From contig CAWBOC010000005.1 in the NCBI GenBank assembly GCA_963790305.1, positions 672,001-736,000 on the forward strand: a DNA stretch of 64,000 nucleotides, read 5' to 3'. Numbering within the stretch: the first letter of the stretch is position 1; each line of letters begins with the position of its first letter. Below, piece after piece: positions 9,833 to 19,044 of the stretch. The DNA is from an uncultured Gemmatimonadaceae bacterium (lineage in GTDB: Bacteria > Gemmatimonadota > Gemmatimonadetes > Gemmatimonadales > Gemmatimonadaceae). The notes beneath the pieces were generated by a model, which had not been told where the DNA came from, made no database searches, and saw only the letters and a program-made list of their open reading frames with translations. The position numbers and the translations under genes were made by a program.

Positions 9833-12597
9833 CTAACGCCTCCCAGGAATATCCCGTTGAACAGCAGCTTGAACGTCCCGTGCGGCTGCGCGCGGAACGT
9901 GATCTCCGGCCCAAAGAGGTACAACGTGCCGCGGCCCACCCGCGCCTCGGCCATGGCGGTCGCGTCCTTGAGATACTGCTGGCCCCACGCCCACCCACTC
10001 CTGAGCGGCGCATCGGTGTCGAACCAGGCGATCCGCCGGACTCCCTGCGTGGCGGCGGTACTGCCTAACCGGAATGCCGGGCTGTCGTCGAAGAGAACGT
10101 CGACGCGCGAGGGCATTCCATGCGCAATGGGAAGCGTGGTGTCCACGCGGACCTGGAGCACGGATCCGGGTACGTAGTACTTCTCCCGCGGAAGCGGCTG
10201 CTCACGTCCCTCGCGCTGCTCGACGAGGGCGCTCGTGACCGGGAGCCCGAGGTGCCTGGCGAGGTTGGTCGATCCGCCGATGGTGAGGACCGTCCCGCCT
10301 TCCTCGAGGAAGCGGCGTACTTGCGGCACCGTCTTCGCCACCGTCACCCGGCCCATGCGCGCGCGCCACTCGGCGGGCACCGTTCCGGTATCGAGCGAAC
10401 CGCCGCCAAAGCCGCCCTGCTGGCCACCGTCGCGCTCGGGAATGGCGCCGTCGACAAAGATGATGACGTCGTACTTGGTGCGCAGCGCACCGGTGTCGAG
10501 CTGCGGTGTGAACACGACCTCGTGCGGGAATTCATAGCGCTCGAGAAGCCACCGCACCCAGCCCGACGGCATCGAGCCGCCATAGGTATCCCACAGCGCG
10601 ACCCGGGGCTGCCGAAGCCGCCGGGCATCGCCGGGCGCGCGCGCACGCACACCTTCGAAGCTCACCCCCGTTTGCGTGGCGAGCTGCTGCAGCAGTGCGC
10701 GCGTGTTGGAGCGCGACGCGACGAGAAACCGGCCATCGGGAAGCCACGAGACTTCGTGGCCGGCGTTGAGCAGGCGATTGACGACGAGCGCGGCGTCGTT
10801 CACGCGATGATCGATGACGTACGCCGATGCGTTGGCGACGCCGGTGATGCGTCCCGCGAGTGGTGTCGCCATTCCCTCGATTGCCGTGAACGGACCGTCG
10901 AAGCCCTCGAGGATCCGGTCGAACTTGATCCCCATTTGATAGGCAAGCGTCCACCCCGCGTTGTCGTACGGCGGGATCGGCGGGCCGCCAGGGTACTGGA
11001 AGTCGTTCGGGTGGTCCTGCGGCTCGAACATGTCGAGCACGTGCGGGCGGAACGCCTGCGCGGTCTTCACCACGTACGAGCCGGCGGGATAGCTCTTGCC
11101 GCCAGCGCTGAAGGGCGCTGTCGCCCGGTGCACGGTCACGCCGACCTTGATCAGCGCGTTGACGAATTTCGTCGCGGTGGGGAAATCGGGCTGGTCGGCC
11201 GGGAGGACATACCCGCGCGGATCCCGCTCGTCAGGCGAACGGAGAGTGCGCCAGTACTGCATGGGAAGACCACGGGCTCCAATGCCGCCGCCGCGTTGCG
11301 CATCGGGACGCGTCGCCTGATCGCCCTGTGCTCCGTCGGCGCGCGTCGCGGCGAGGCGTACGCGCTCCAGATCCGACGGCGTGACGGTCCAGTGGTCCCG
11401 ACTTCCGCGCTCGATGGAATTCCTTCCCATCTTGTAGATGTTGTAGAGGAACTGCTCGCGATGCCGCGAGGCAACGTCGAGAACTGCCTTGTTCGCGGTC
11501 ACCGAGTAGTCGACGGACTGGCGGAACTTCCACGGACCTGGCGGCACCGGAGCAACGAGATCGCTGCTGGCCAGCTGCCGCTGCGGAAGGAACGGGATCT
11601 CGATCGGCGTGGGATTCCCGATCGTCTCGGTGAGCAGCCCGATCATGTTGTGGAAGTACACGGTCGTGCGCAGACCACCATTCCACCACGTCGAGTAGTT
11701 CGCGCCGCGCCGCGTCGTCGCACCAGGCTTCTCCTCGAGCACGAAGCGGTTGTGCATCGATGCACCGACGAGATCGATGCCGGTGACGACGAGCGGATCG
11801 TAGAAGTAGTTGAACGGATCGCGGAACGGCGGAGCAAAGAGCACCGTTCCCGAGGGACCGGTCTGATGGTGGTTGTACATGATCTGCGGAAACCACTCGC
11901 GGAACAGCACACGCGCCATGTTCTCGGACTCGGGCTGCGTCACCATGTAGAAATCACGGTTGTTGTCGTGCCCGATGTACTTCTGGTAGAGCCGCGGAAC
12001 TCCCGACGTGGACCGCTGGGTCTTCTCCGGGACGCGCATGTACCAGTCCGAAACCAGCTCCATCCCATCCGGGTTCGCGTGCACCGCGAGGACGATGATG
12101 TCGTCGAGGAATCGCATCGTCTCGGGGTCGGTGCCGCTCGCCAGCTGCCACACGGTCTCGGTGAGCTGCTGCGCGCCGAGCACTTCGGTGGCGTGCAGGC
12201 CGCCGTCGATCCAGACGACCGCTTTGCCCTCCGCCGCGAGGCGCCGCGCTTCCTCATCGGTCAGCCCGTCCGCGAGGGCGAGCCGGCGCGCGATCTCCTT
12301 GTACCGATCGAGTCGCTGATGATTCGCCGGCGACGTGATGATCGCCATGAGCTGCGGGCGCCCCTCGGCCGTCACGCCGATCGTATCGAGGGCCATGCGA
12401 TCGGACTCGCGGGCAAGCGTCTGCCAGTACGCCACGAACTGGGTGTAGTCAGGCAGCACGTAGTCGGCCCCGATCTCATGGCCGAAGTGCGCGTTGGGAC
12501 TCGTGAGCCTCGGAGAGGCCGCTTGCGCATTCAGTGAGGCCGCGAGAACGAGAGCGGCCATGGCTGCACGCAGCGAGCGAGACAGCATCGCGGGCAT
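9829..12597 (-). CDS. Secreted M14-family zinc carboxypeptidase-like protein
   Basis: Signal peptide; GGLHATE, ANPDG, GHDNNRD, YNHHQ; GGAG SD before ATG 12597. Confidence 0.88.
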   Translation of the reverse strand: MPAMLSRSLRAAMAALVLAASLNAQAASPRLTSPNAHFGHEIGADYVLPDYTQFVAYWQTLARESDRMALDTIGVTAEGRPQLMAIITSPANHQRLDRYKEIARRLALADGLTDEEARRLAAEGKAVVWIDGGLHATEVLGAQQLTETVWQLASGTDPETMRFLDDIIVLAVHANPDGMELVSDWYMRVPEKTQRSTSGVPRLYQKYIGHDNNRDFYMVTQPESENMARVLFREWFPQIMYNHHQTGPSGTVLFAPPFRDPFNYFYDPLVVTGIDLVGASMHNRFVLEEKPGATTRRGANYSTWWNGGLRTTVYFHNMIGLLTETIGNPTPIEIPFLPQRQLASSDLVAPVPPGPWKFRQSVDYSVTANKAVLDVASRHREQFLYNIYKMGRNSIERGSRDHWTVTPSDLERVRLAATRADGAQGDQATRPDAQRGGGIGARGLPMQYWRTLRSPDERDPRGYVLPADQPDFPTATKFVNALIKVGVTVHRATAPFSAGGKSYPAGSYVVKTAQAFRPHVLDMFEPQDHPNDFQYPGGPPIPPYDNAGWTLAYQMGIKFDRILEGFDGPFTAIEGMATPLAGRITGVANASAYVIDHRVNDAALVVNRLLNAGHEVSWLPDGRFLVASRSNTRALLQQLATQTGVSFEGVRARAPGDARRLRQPRVALWDTYGGSMPSGWVRWLLERYEFPHEVVFTPQLDTGALRTKYDVIIFVDGAIPERDGGQQGGFGGGSLDTGTVPAEWRARMGRVTVAKTVPQVRRFLEEGGTVLTIGGSTNLARHLGLPVTSALVEQREGREQPLPREKYYVPGSVLQVRVDTTLPIAHGMPSRVDVLFDDSPAFRLGSTAATQGVRRIAWFDTDAPLRSGWAWGQQYLKDATAMAEARVGRGTLYLFGPEITFRAQPHGTFKLLFNGIFLGGVR

Positions 12598-12747
12598 TGC
12601 GAGGTTCTCCATGAAGAGCAATGAGAAACGAGAACGAGGACGGAGGAAATCGATGCGTAGAGATACGCGATTGGCGCCGTTTCCGCTGCCCTTTTGCGTG
12701 GAAATGGGACGCAGCGTAGGGTTAGGAGGAACGCGGAACGAGGTCAA

Positions 12748-12966
12748 ATGAAGCAAGACACGATAGAGCTCGAGGGCGTGGTGTCCGACGTGCTTCCCAA
12801 CGCCACGTTTCGAGTCGATCTGGAGAATGGGCATCGGCTGCTGGCGACCACGGCCGGGAAGATTCGCAAGTTCAAGGTCCGTATTCTCGCCGGCGATCGG
12901 GTAACGGTTGAGGTTTCGCCGTACGACCTCACGCGAGGGAGAATCACCTACCGCCACAAGGATTGA
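12748..12966 (+). CDS. infA: Translation initiation factor IF-1
   Basis: [53 protein letters not shown]; 72 aa; GAGG SD. Confidence 0.97.
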   Translation: MKQDTIELEGVVSDVLPNATFRVDLENGHRLLATTAGKIRKFKVRILAGDRVTVEVSPYDLTRGRITYRHKD

Positions 12967-12982
12967 TTGCGGCCCGGTGCGC

Positions 12983-14236
12983 TCAGGCTGTCGGGTTGGT
13001 GATTTCCGACGTCTGAAGGCTCGCGTCTGCAGTCTCCGGCTTTCTGGTTTCTCCGCGCCGGCATGGAATCGAGAACGCGAAGACCGATCCCCCGGTGGCG
13101 GTCGACTCCATCCAGGTGCGGCCTCCGATTCCTTCCACTGTTTCCCGCACGATGCTCAGACCGAGTCCCGTTCCCTCGATGCCGGTGATGGTTTGCTCGT
13201 GCGCCCTGAAGAATCGCTGAAACAGCTTTTCGACAGCCTCGGCGGGCACGCCGAGCCCATTGTCGTGGACCTCGACGATCAGCGTGTCGCCTTGCGTGTC
13301 ATCAGGGCGCTCCACACGTCCACGAATCTCGACCGTACGGGTGAGCTTCTCAGGGTCGGCGTACTTGATGGCGTTGGAGACGTAATTCGTCAGACTCAAC
13401 TCGATTGCCGCCGCGTCCACTTCGACGTCGGGCATATCATCGCCGACCTTCACCAGCACACTGCTGGCGCGGGCCATCTCGCGAAGTTGACGGACCACCT
13501 CGGCCACCGCCTGCGGGAGGCGGACATGGCGATGCTGCCGCACGCGGTTCTCGAGGCGCGAGAGCACGAGGAGATTGCCGAGCATCGCCTCGATGCCCTC
13601 CACGTTCTCGCCGATCATGTGAAGGAACCGCTCGCGCTGGGTCTTCTCGAGCCACGACTCTTCGAGCAGGGCATGCGCTCCCTTGATCGCGCCGACGCGC
13701 GTCTTGAGCTCGTGTGACACCATCCGGTTGAAGCCGCGAAGCCGCTCCTCGCGCTCACGAACCTGCTCGTTCGTTCGGCGAAGGAAGTGCATCGTGGTGA
13801 CTTGCTGAATGACCGTGACCGCGTGAAAAAGCCGGTGCGCGCAGTTCAGCAGCTCGCTTCTGCTGCACGGCTGGTCGATCCCATCGACGATGCGCGCCAG
13901 AAAGCTGAACAGCACGCCGCCGAGGATCTCGTACTCCTTGAAGATCTCGTAGGCATCGAAGCCCTGTTGATGCCGGAGCTCGCCCAGTTCCGTGGCCTTG
14001 CCGATGACCGGGACGTCACCGGCGATGCCGTCAGCGGGATTCTCGATGTACGCCGCGACGCCGTCGATGAGCAGCGGAACGTGGTCCAGGAGGTCGGCGG
14101 TGGGAAACACACGGTTCGCATCGATCGAGACTCTCGCCGCGATTCGATCCAGCCACCGCCGGGTAAGCTCTTCGCGCTCGGCGCGGAGACGGGCGGCGAG
14201 GACGCTGGCGAGGGGGCAATCGGCCGAAGTCGGCAT
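12983..14236 (-). CDS. Cytoplasmic sensor histidine kinase with an RsbRD_N-like N-terminal domain
   Basis: H-box VSHELKT, NYVSNAIKY, DNGLG, FQRFFR, GTGLGLS; no TM segment. Confidence 0.88.
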   Translation of the reverse strand: MPTSADCPLASVLAARLRAEREELTRRWLDRIAARVSIDANRVFPTADLLDHVPLLIDGVAAYIENPADGIAGDVPVIGKATELGELRHQQGFDAYEIFKEYEILGGVLFSFLARIVDGIDQPCSRSELLNCAHRLFHAVTVIQQVTTMHFLRRTNEQVREREERLRGFNRMVSHELKTRVGAIKGAHALLEESWLEKTQRERFLHMIGENVEGIEAMLGNLLVLSRLENRVRQHRHVRLPQAVAEVVRQLREMARASSVLVKVGDDMPDVEVDAAAIELSLTNYVSNAIKYADPEKLTRTVEIRGRVERPDDTQGDTLIVEVHDNGLGVPAEAVEKLFQRFFRAHEQTITGIEGTGLGLSIVRETVEGIGGRTWMESTATGGSVFAFSIPCRRGETRKPETADASLQTSEITNPTA

Positions 14237-14317
14237 ATCGGACGTTGGTGCAGAGAGTGGACCACGCTTTCCAGGTTGGCCGCATCGCGAGCCGAACAAC
14301 CGGTTCAGGGCTCAGTG

Positions 14318-14332
14318 CGGCACCGGCCTTGC
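14318..14332 (+). promoter_or_regulatory. Candidate sigma54 promoter
   Basis: CGGCAC-CGGCC-TTGC with GG-N10-GC spacing, about 40 nt upstream of ATG 14375. Confidence 0.5.
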
Positions 14333-14374
14333 GCCGATATCGGGCGTGGTCCCACCAACACCCGCGGAGCGAAC

Positions 14375-14728
14375 ATGAGTGACGCGATTGATGAGGGTCG
14401 GAGAGACGGACGAAACGAAGCGAACGACCCTGCCCGGCGCAGCGAGCGCGAGCGCATTGGGGTCGACATCGCGGCTCGGCTCAGCGATCGCGGAGTCAGC
14501 CTGACCGGAGAGGAGTCGAGCGAGGAGATCGTAACGCTCCTGGAGGCCCTGGAGCGGTTCGAGCGGGCGGTGCAGGCGAAGGGTGGCGACCTCATGGTCG
14601 ACGAAGGTCCGGCCGACGCGAAGCTTCAACCCGACGACCCGAATTTCGTCCTGCCGAGGCGCGCGGATGATGAGTCGGTGAGGCAGTACGTTCGGCGGAT
14701 CGAGGAAGCGACGGGAGCGATTGACTAG
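14375..14728 (+). CDS. Hypothetical acidic protein, 117 aa
   Basis: GGAG SD and ATG; protein-like sequence (FERAVQAKGGDLMVD..PDDPNFVLP). Confidence 0.7.
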   Translation: MSDAIDEGRRDGRNEANDPARRSERERIGVDIAARLSDRGVSLTGEESSEEIVTLLEALERFERAVQAKGGDLMVDEGPADAKLQPDDPNFVLPRRADDESVRQYVRRIEEATGAID

Positions 14729-14858
14729 GAGCTAGGAGTCAGGAGTCAGGGATCAGGGGGTGTCAGGGCGTAGGTTTCAGGAGGCCCGCGATGTCGTTCT
14801 CTCCTGTAACCAACTCCCTGACACCCCCTGATCCCTGACCCCTGACTCCTGACCCCTA
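14726..14858. repeat. GGRGTCA-family palindromic element, copy 2
   Basis: Arms begin at the TAG stops of both convergent genes. Confidence 0.9.
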
Positions 14859-15539
14859 TTGAGCGTATTGCGCCTTCAGTTGACTCCGGTACGCCTCGCT
14901 CGCGAAAATGGCCACCTCGACACGTCGATTCTGCTGCCGGCCGGCGTCCGTTTCGTTCGACGTCAGCGGCTCGGTTTCCCCGCGACCGGCGATCCGAAGA
15001 CGTGAGCGCGCGACGCCCTGGGCCGCGAGGTAATCGGAGGCTGACCTCGCTCGCCGCTCGGAGAGGTTCCAGTTGTACGAATCGGGGCCGTCCGAGTCAG
15101 TGTGCCCAACGATGAGCAGCTCGGTGTTCGGGTATTCGCCGAGGCTCGACGCGAGATTCCGCAGATTCGTCGCTGCCTCCTGACGCACCCGGTCGGAATC
15201 GAAGTCGAACAGCAGTCCGGACGCGAAGGTCACCTGAATTCCCTCGCCGACGCGCTCCACTTTCGCGCCCGGGATGTTCTGCGCGAGCTCGTCGGCCTGC
15301 TTGTCCATCTGCCGCCCGATCACACCGCCCACGACGCCGCCAACCACGGCGCCGATGATCGCGCCGCGAGCGGTCGAGCCGGTTTGGTTGCCGATGACGC
15401 CGCCGATCGCTCCGCCGGCGCCCGCCCCGATGATCGCCCCCTTTTCCGTCCGGCTCAGACTCGAGCAGCCACCGCTCAGGACCGTGGCGAAGAGGGCCGC
15501 ACTCGTAAGGCATGCACGACGTCGAGAAGTTGAGATCAT
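14856..15539 (-). CDS. OmpA-family lipoprotein with glycine zipper (YiaD-like)
   Basis: Lipobox LSGGC; GAIIGAGAGGAIGG; GHTDSDG, NWNLSERRA, GRGETEP, NRRVE. Confidence 0.92.
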   Translation of the reverse strand: MISTSRRRACLTSAALFATVLSGGCSSLSRTEKGAIIGAGAGGAIGGVIGNQTGSTARGAIIGAVVGGVVGGVIGRQMDKQADELAQNIPGAKVERVGEGIQVTFASGLLFDFDSDRVRQEAATNLRNLASSLGEYPNTELLIVGHTDSDGPDSYNWNLSERRARSASDYLAAQGVARSRLRIAGRGETEPLTSNETDAGRQQNRRVEVAIFASEAYRSQLKAQYAQ

Positions 15540-15590
15540 TGTTCGAACCATGGGTTTATGGAAGTGTGCTGAATCCGCGAGGAACGTGCG

Positions 15591-15605
15591 GCAGGGGGCG
15601 TGCCA
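15591..15605 (-). promoter_or_regulatory. Candidate sigma54 promoter for the OmpA gene
   Basis: TGGCACG-CCCC-CTGC on the minus strand, GG-N10-GC. Confidence 0.45.
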
Positions 15606-15624
15606 TGAACGTTCTGTCGCGCTT

Positions 15625-15653
15625 TTGCGTTTGTGACGCACGTCCCATAGCCT
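15625..15653 (+). promoter_or_regulatory. Candidate sigma70 promoter, probably giving a leaderless transcript
   Basis: TTGCGT-17-TAGCCT-7-ATG with no SD. Confidence 0.45.
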
Positions 15654-15660
15654 ACACGCC

Positions 15661-17445
15661 ATGCGCCTTCTGTTCAGCTATCTCCGCCGCTACTGGGGCA
15701 TCGTCATCCTTGCCCTCGTTCTCGCCGCGATCAATCAGATCTTCTCGTTGCTGGATCCGCTGATCTTCCGGCACATCATCGACGACTACGCGACGAAGTT
15801 CCGCGAGCACACCACGCGCGAGTTCTTCCGAGGCGTCGGCTGGCTCCTCGCGGCCGCGGTGGGCGTCGCCTTCGTGTCCCGCGTCGCGAAGAACTTCCAG
15901 GACTATTTCGTCAACGTCATCACGCAGCGAGTCGGCGTCGATCTCTACTCCGACGGGATTCGCCACTCGCTCGCACTCCCGTTCCAGGTCTTCGAGGACC
16001 AGCGGAGCGGCGAAACGCTCGGCAAGCTCCAGAAAGTACGATCGGACGTCGAGCGGTTCATCGCGGCGTTCGTGAACATCATGTTCACCACGCTCGTCGG
16101 AGTGGTGTTCGTGATGATCTATGCCTTCAACGCCCACTGGTCGATCGCCCCGGCCTACCTCGCGACGATTCCGATCCTCGGCGGACTGAGCTCGGTGCTC
16201 AGTCGCAAGATCAAGGTGCTCCAGAAGCAGATCGTCGCCGAGACGACAGCCCTTGCCGGTGCCACGACCGAGTCGCTGCGCAACATCGAGCTCGTGAAGA
16301 GCCTGGGCCTCGCCGATCAGGAAGTCGCGCGGCTCACGGCGACGACGGAGAAGATCCTCAAGCTCGAGCTGCGAAAGGTGCGCTACATCCGAAGCCTCAG
16401 CTTCGTGCAGGGCACGGCCGTCAACTTCGTGCGCACGATGATCCTGCTGCTGATGCTGTATCTGATCTTCACGCAGGAGATCACTGTCGGGCAGTTCTTC
16501 TCGCTGCTCATCTACTCGTTCTTCATCTTCGGCCCGCTGCAGGAGATGGGGAACGTCATCAACATCTATCGGGAGACGGAGGCGTCGCTCGCCAACTTCG
16601 AGCAGATCCTGAGCACCCCGCCCGATCCCAAGCCCACGTCTCCTGTTCCCGTGGACGACCTGCGCGTTCTCGAGTTCGATCGCGTCACCTTCACCCATCA
16701 GACGGCGTCGACGCCCGCGCTCACCGATGTGAGCTTTCGTGTCCAGCGGGGAGAGACGGTGGCGTTCGTGGGTCCGTCGGGCGCGGGGAAAAGCACGCTC
16801 GTCAAGCTGTTGGTCGGACTCTACTCGCCGAAGGTGGGTCGCATTCTCTACAACGGCGTCGAGAGCACACGTGTGAACCTCGATCGCCTTCGCGAGCGCA
16901 TCGGACTGGTGACGCAGGAGACGCAGCTCTTCTCAGGATCGATTCGAGAGAATTTGCTCTTCGCGCGTCCGGGAGCGAGCGACGCCGAGTGCCTGGCGGT
17001 GCTGCATCAGGCGGCCGCCGATGGGCTGCTACACCGCGCCGACCGCGGTCTCGACACGGTGATCGGCGAAGGAGGCATGAAGATCTCCGGCGGCGAAAAG
17101 CAGCGCCTCGCGATCGCGCGCGCGCTGCTTCGGAAGCCGCATCTCCTCGTATTCGACGAAGCGACGTCATCGCTCGACTCGCTCACCGAGGAGGAGATCA
17201 GCCGCACGATGCGCTCCGTCGCCACCACGTCGAACGTGATCACGGTGCTGATTGCGCACCGGCTTTCGACCGTGATGCACGCCGACCGGATCTACGTGCT
17301 CGAGCGCGGTCGTGTGATCGAGACCGGCCGCCACGAGGAGCTGCTCGAGCTCACCGGGCTGTACTACGCAATGTGGCGGCAGCAGGTCGGCGAGCGACGA
17401 CCTGCGGTCGAGGGCGCCCAGCGAGCGATGGCCGCGGCGCCCTGA
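15661..17445 (+). CDS. ABC exporter, fused permease and ATPase
   Basis: TM domain followed by GPSGAGKST, ISGGEKQRLAIAR, VFDEATSSLD, IAHRLST. Confidence 0.93.
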   Translation: MRLLFSYLRRYWGIVILALVLAAINQIFSLLDPLIFRHIIDDYATKFREHTTREFFRGVGWLLAAAVGVAFVSRVAKNFQDYFVNVITQRVGVDLYSDGIRHSLALPFQVFEDQRSGETLGKLQKVRSDVERFIAAFVNIMFTTLVGVVFVMIYAFNAHWSIAPAYLATIPILGGLSSVLSRKIKVLQKQIVAETTALAGATTESLRNIELVKSLGLADQEVARLTATTEKILKLELRKVRYIRSLSFVQGTAVNFVRTMILLLMLYLIFTQEITVGQFFSLLIYSFFIFGPLQEMGNVINIYRETEASLANFEQILSTPPDPKPTSPVPVDDLRVLEFDRVTFTHQTASTPALTDVSFRVQRGETVAFVGPSGAGKSTLVKLLVGLYSPKVGRILYNGVESTRVNLDRLRERIGLVTQETQLFSGSIRENLLFARPGASDAECLAVLHQAAADGLLHRADRGLDTVIGEGGMKISGGEKQRLAIARALLRKPHLLVFDEATSSLDSLTEEEISRTMRSVATTSNVITVLIAHRLSTVMHADRIYVLERGRVIETGRHEELLELTGLYYAMWRQQVGERRPAVEGAQRAMAAAP

Positions 17446-17449
17446 CCCG

Positions 17450-18814
17450 TCAGGAGCTCAACGACTGCGCGAAGTTCAGCTCGTATCCGTTGAGGTCGAC
17501 GATCGAGAACTCGCGCTGTCCGTAGAAGGTGTCGTGGATGTCGCCGGTGAAGCGGGCTTCGGGAATCTGGGGAGTCACGCCTGCGAGGACGGCCTTCGCG
17601 CGCTCGAGCTGGCGTCCCTTCAGCGCATCGTAGAGCTCATCAATGCGGTTGGTCCTGAACCAGAAGCTCACCTCGCGCTCCGCGTTCGCGGTCCCTCTCG
17701 GCACGAACATGACGTACGCACCGCCGAGCGACATCCCGGCCCATGCCGCCTCGGTGTCGAGCTCGTGTGCTCCTTCGAGCTCAAACCCGATCGCGCGGTA
17801 CCACTCGACCGTCTGGCGCACGTTAGGAACGCGCATCATTGGATGAACGGCCGTTACACTCGCGGCGAGCCCCGAGATACGCGTCTCGAACTCCGACTCA
17901 CGGTGGCCTTTGGGCTCCTTCGCTCCCGCTGCCTTGAGGCTGCGCATGGCTCGTTCATCTCCGCGAAGCATGGCGACCGCGAGCGGCGTGCGACCCTTGT
18001 CGTCCTCCGCGTCGAGGTCCGCGCCGAGCTCGATCAGCAGATCGAGGATCGCGTAATGCGATCCCGTTCTGAATCCGCCGCCGAGAAGTCCATCGGGGGG
18101 TGCGATGACGTAATGAAGTGCGGTCTGGCGATTCTCGGTGGGCGACAGCCGTCGTGACAGTGCGTCGGGGTTCTCCTCGACCAGCTTCTGGATTGCGTCG
18201 GCATCCTGAGTGGCGATGGCCGAGAAGATGTGATGGCGAGCGCCGCGCTCGAGGAGCAGCGCGAGAACATCCGTCGGGATGGTCGGGCCGAAGCAGGTGG
18301 CCCACCCGATGACCTCGAGCTGATGTGCGTCGCCGACACCGTGCACATCTCCGCCGGCGTCGAGCAGAGCGCGCACGACTGCTACACCGCCCGCGCCGCC
18401 GGCGAAGTGCAGCGGATAGGCGTTGTCGCCGGTGTCGCGCGCGTTGGGATCAGCGCCATGCTCCAGAAGCATGCGAACCGCGTCGACGTGTGTGACCGCG
18501 AGGTGCAATCCAGTGCTCCCCTCGGGAGTGCGCTCGCGCACCAGGCTCGGCTCGCTCGCCACCAGATCGCGAAGCGTCGCGACATCTCCGGCACTACAGG
18601 CGGCGAAGAATGATGCGAGCGTCGGTGCGCGCCGCCGATCGAGCTCGGCTTTGAGGGCGCGCCAGCTCGGGAAACCGTAGTCACGAGCGATGGCGAGCTG
18701 TGCGTCGGCGAGCTTCGCCCGCCGATCGCGCAGGCGCAGCTCGAGCAAACGCTCCTTCGCGCGCTTCTTCAAGTATTCGAGCGACGCGCGGTCCGGCAGT
18801 TGGGCCCTGGACAT
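17450..18814 (-). CDS. Ankyrin-repeat protein with a C-terminal VOC/glyoxalase domain
   Basis: N-terminal LPDRASLEYLKKRAK..AQLAIARDYGFPSW; ankyrin motifs GSTGLHLA, YPLHFA, GRTPLAVA; C-terminal DTFYGQREFSIVDLNGYEL. Confidence 0.85.
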   Translation of the reverse strand: MSRAQLPDRASLEYLKKRAKERLLELRLRDRRAKLADAQLAIARDYGFPSWRALKAELDRRRAPTLASFFAACSAGDVATLRDLVASEPSLVRERTPEGSTGLHLAVTHVDAVRMLLEHGADPNARDTGDNAYPLHFAGGAGGVAVVRALLDAGGDVHGVGDAHQLEVIGWATCFGPTIPTDVLALLLERGARHHIFSAIATQDADAIQKLVEENPDALSRRLSPTENRQTALHYVIAPPDGLLGGGFRTGSHYAILDLLIELGADLDAEDDKGRTPLAVAMLRGDERAMRSLKAAGAKEPKGHRESEFETRISGLAASVTAVHPMMRVPNVRQTVEWYRAIGFELEGAHELDTEAAWAGMSLGGAYVMFVPRGTANAEREVSFWFRTNRIDELYDALKGRQLERAKAVLAGVTPQIPEARFTGDIHDTFYGQREFSIVDLNGYELNFAQSLSS

Positions 18815-18956
18815 AGACACACCCCTTCTTCCATGAATGCCCGGCGTCCGCGGCTCTCGGGCTGGAAGTCAGGGTTTTCTGACTGTCGACAGAATCGGGT
18901 GGGTTGAACCCTTTACGCGGACCGTCGGCCGCCCGGTTCGGCCGAGGGAGAGGATA
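18815..18956 (-). ncRNA. Candidate structured 5' leader of the ankyrin/VOC gene
   Basis: Nested stems 18925-31/18939-45, 18846-52/18916-22, 18867-72/18879-84 and 18901-11; TATCCT -10-like hexamer at 18951-56. Confidence 0.35.
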
Positions 18957-18969
18957 ATGTTTCGGAGAC

Positions 18970-19044
18970 AGCGCTGGAAGAGCGCTGGGGGCCGACGACG
19001 AAGTTCTAGCGCCTTTCCAGCGCCCTCAGCGCTCTTCCAGCGCT
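18970..19044. repeat. Palindromic element with AGCGCT-based tandem arms
   Basis: AGCGCTGGAAGAGCGCTG / CAGCGCTCTTCCAGCGCT; overlaps the symporter stop codon. Confidence 0.8.

Noticed and set aside
10120..12537. 805-aa plus-strand ORF and similar long antisense ORFs (e.g. 33003..34307, 45005..46534, 60426..61949)
   Set aside because: They lie opposite well-supported genes, show no recognisable motifs, and are expected in high-GC DNA
12598..12957. N-terminal extension of the 1042-aa peptidase ORF
   Set aside because: It overlaps infA on the opposite strand; the SD and signal peptide indicate a start at 12597
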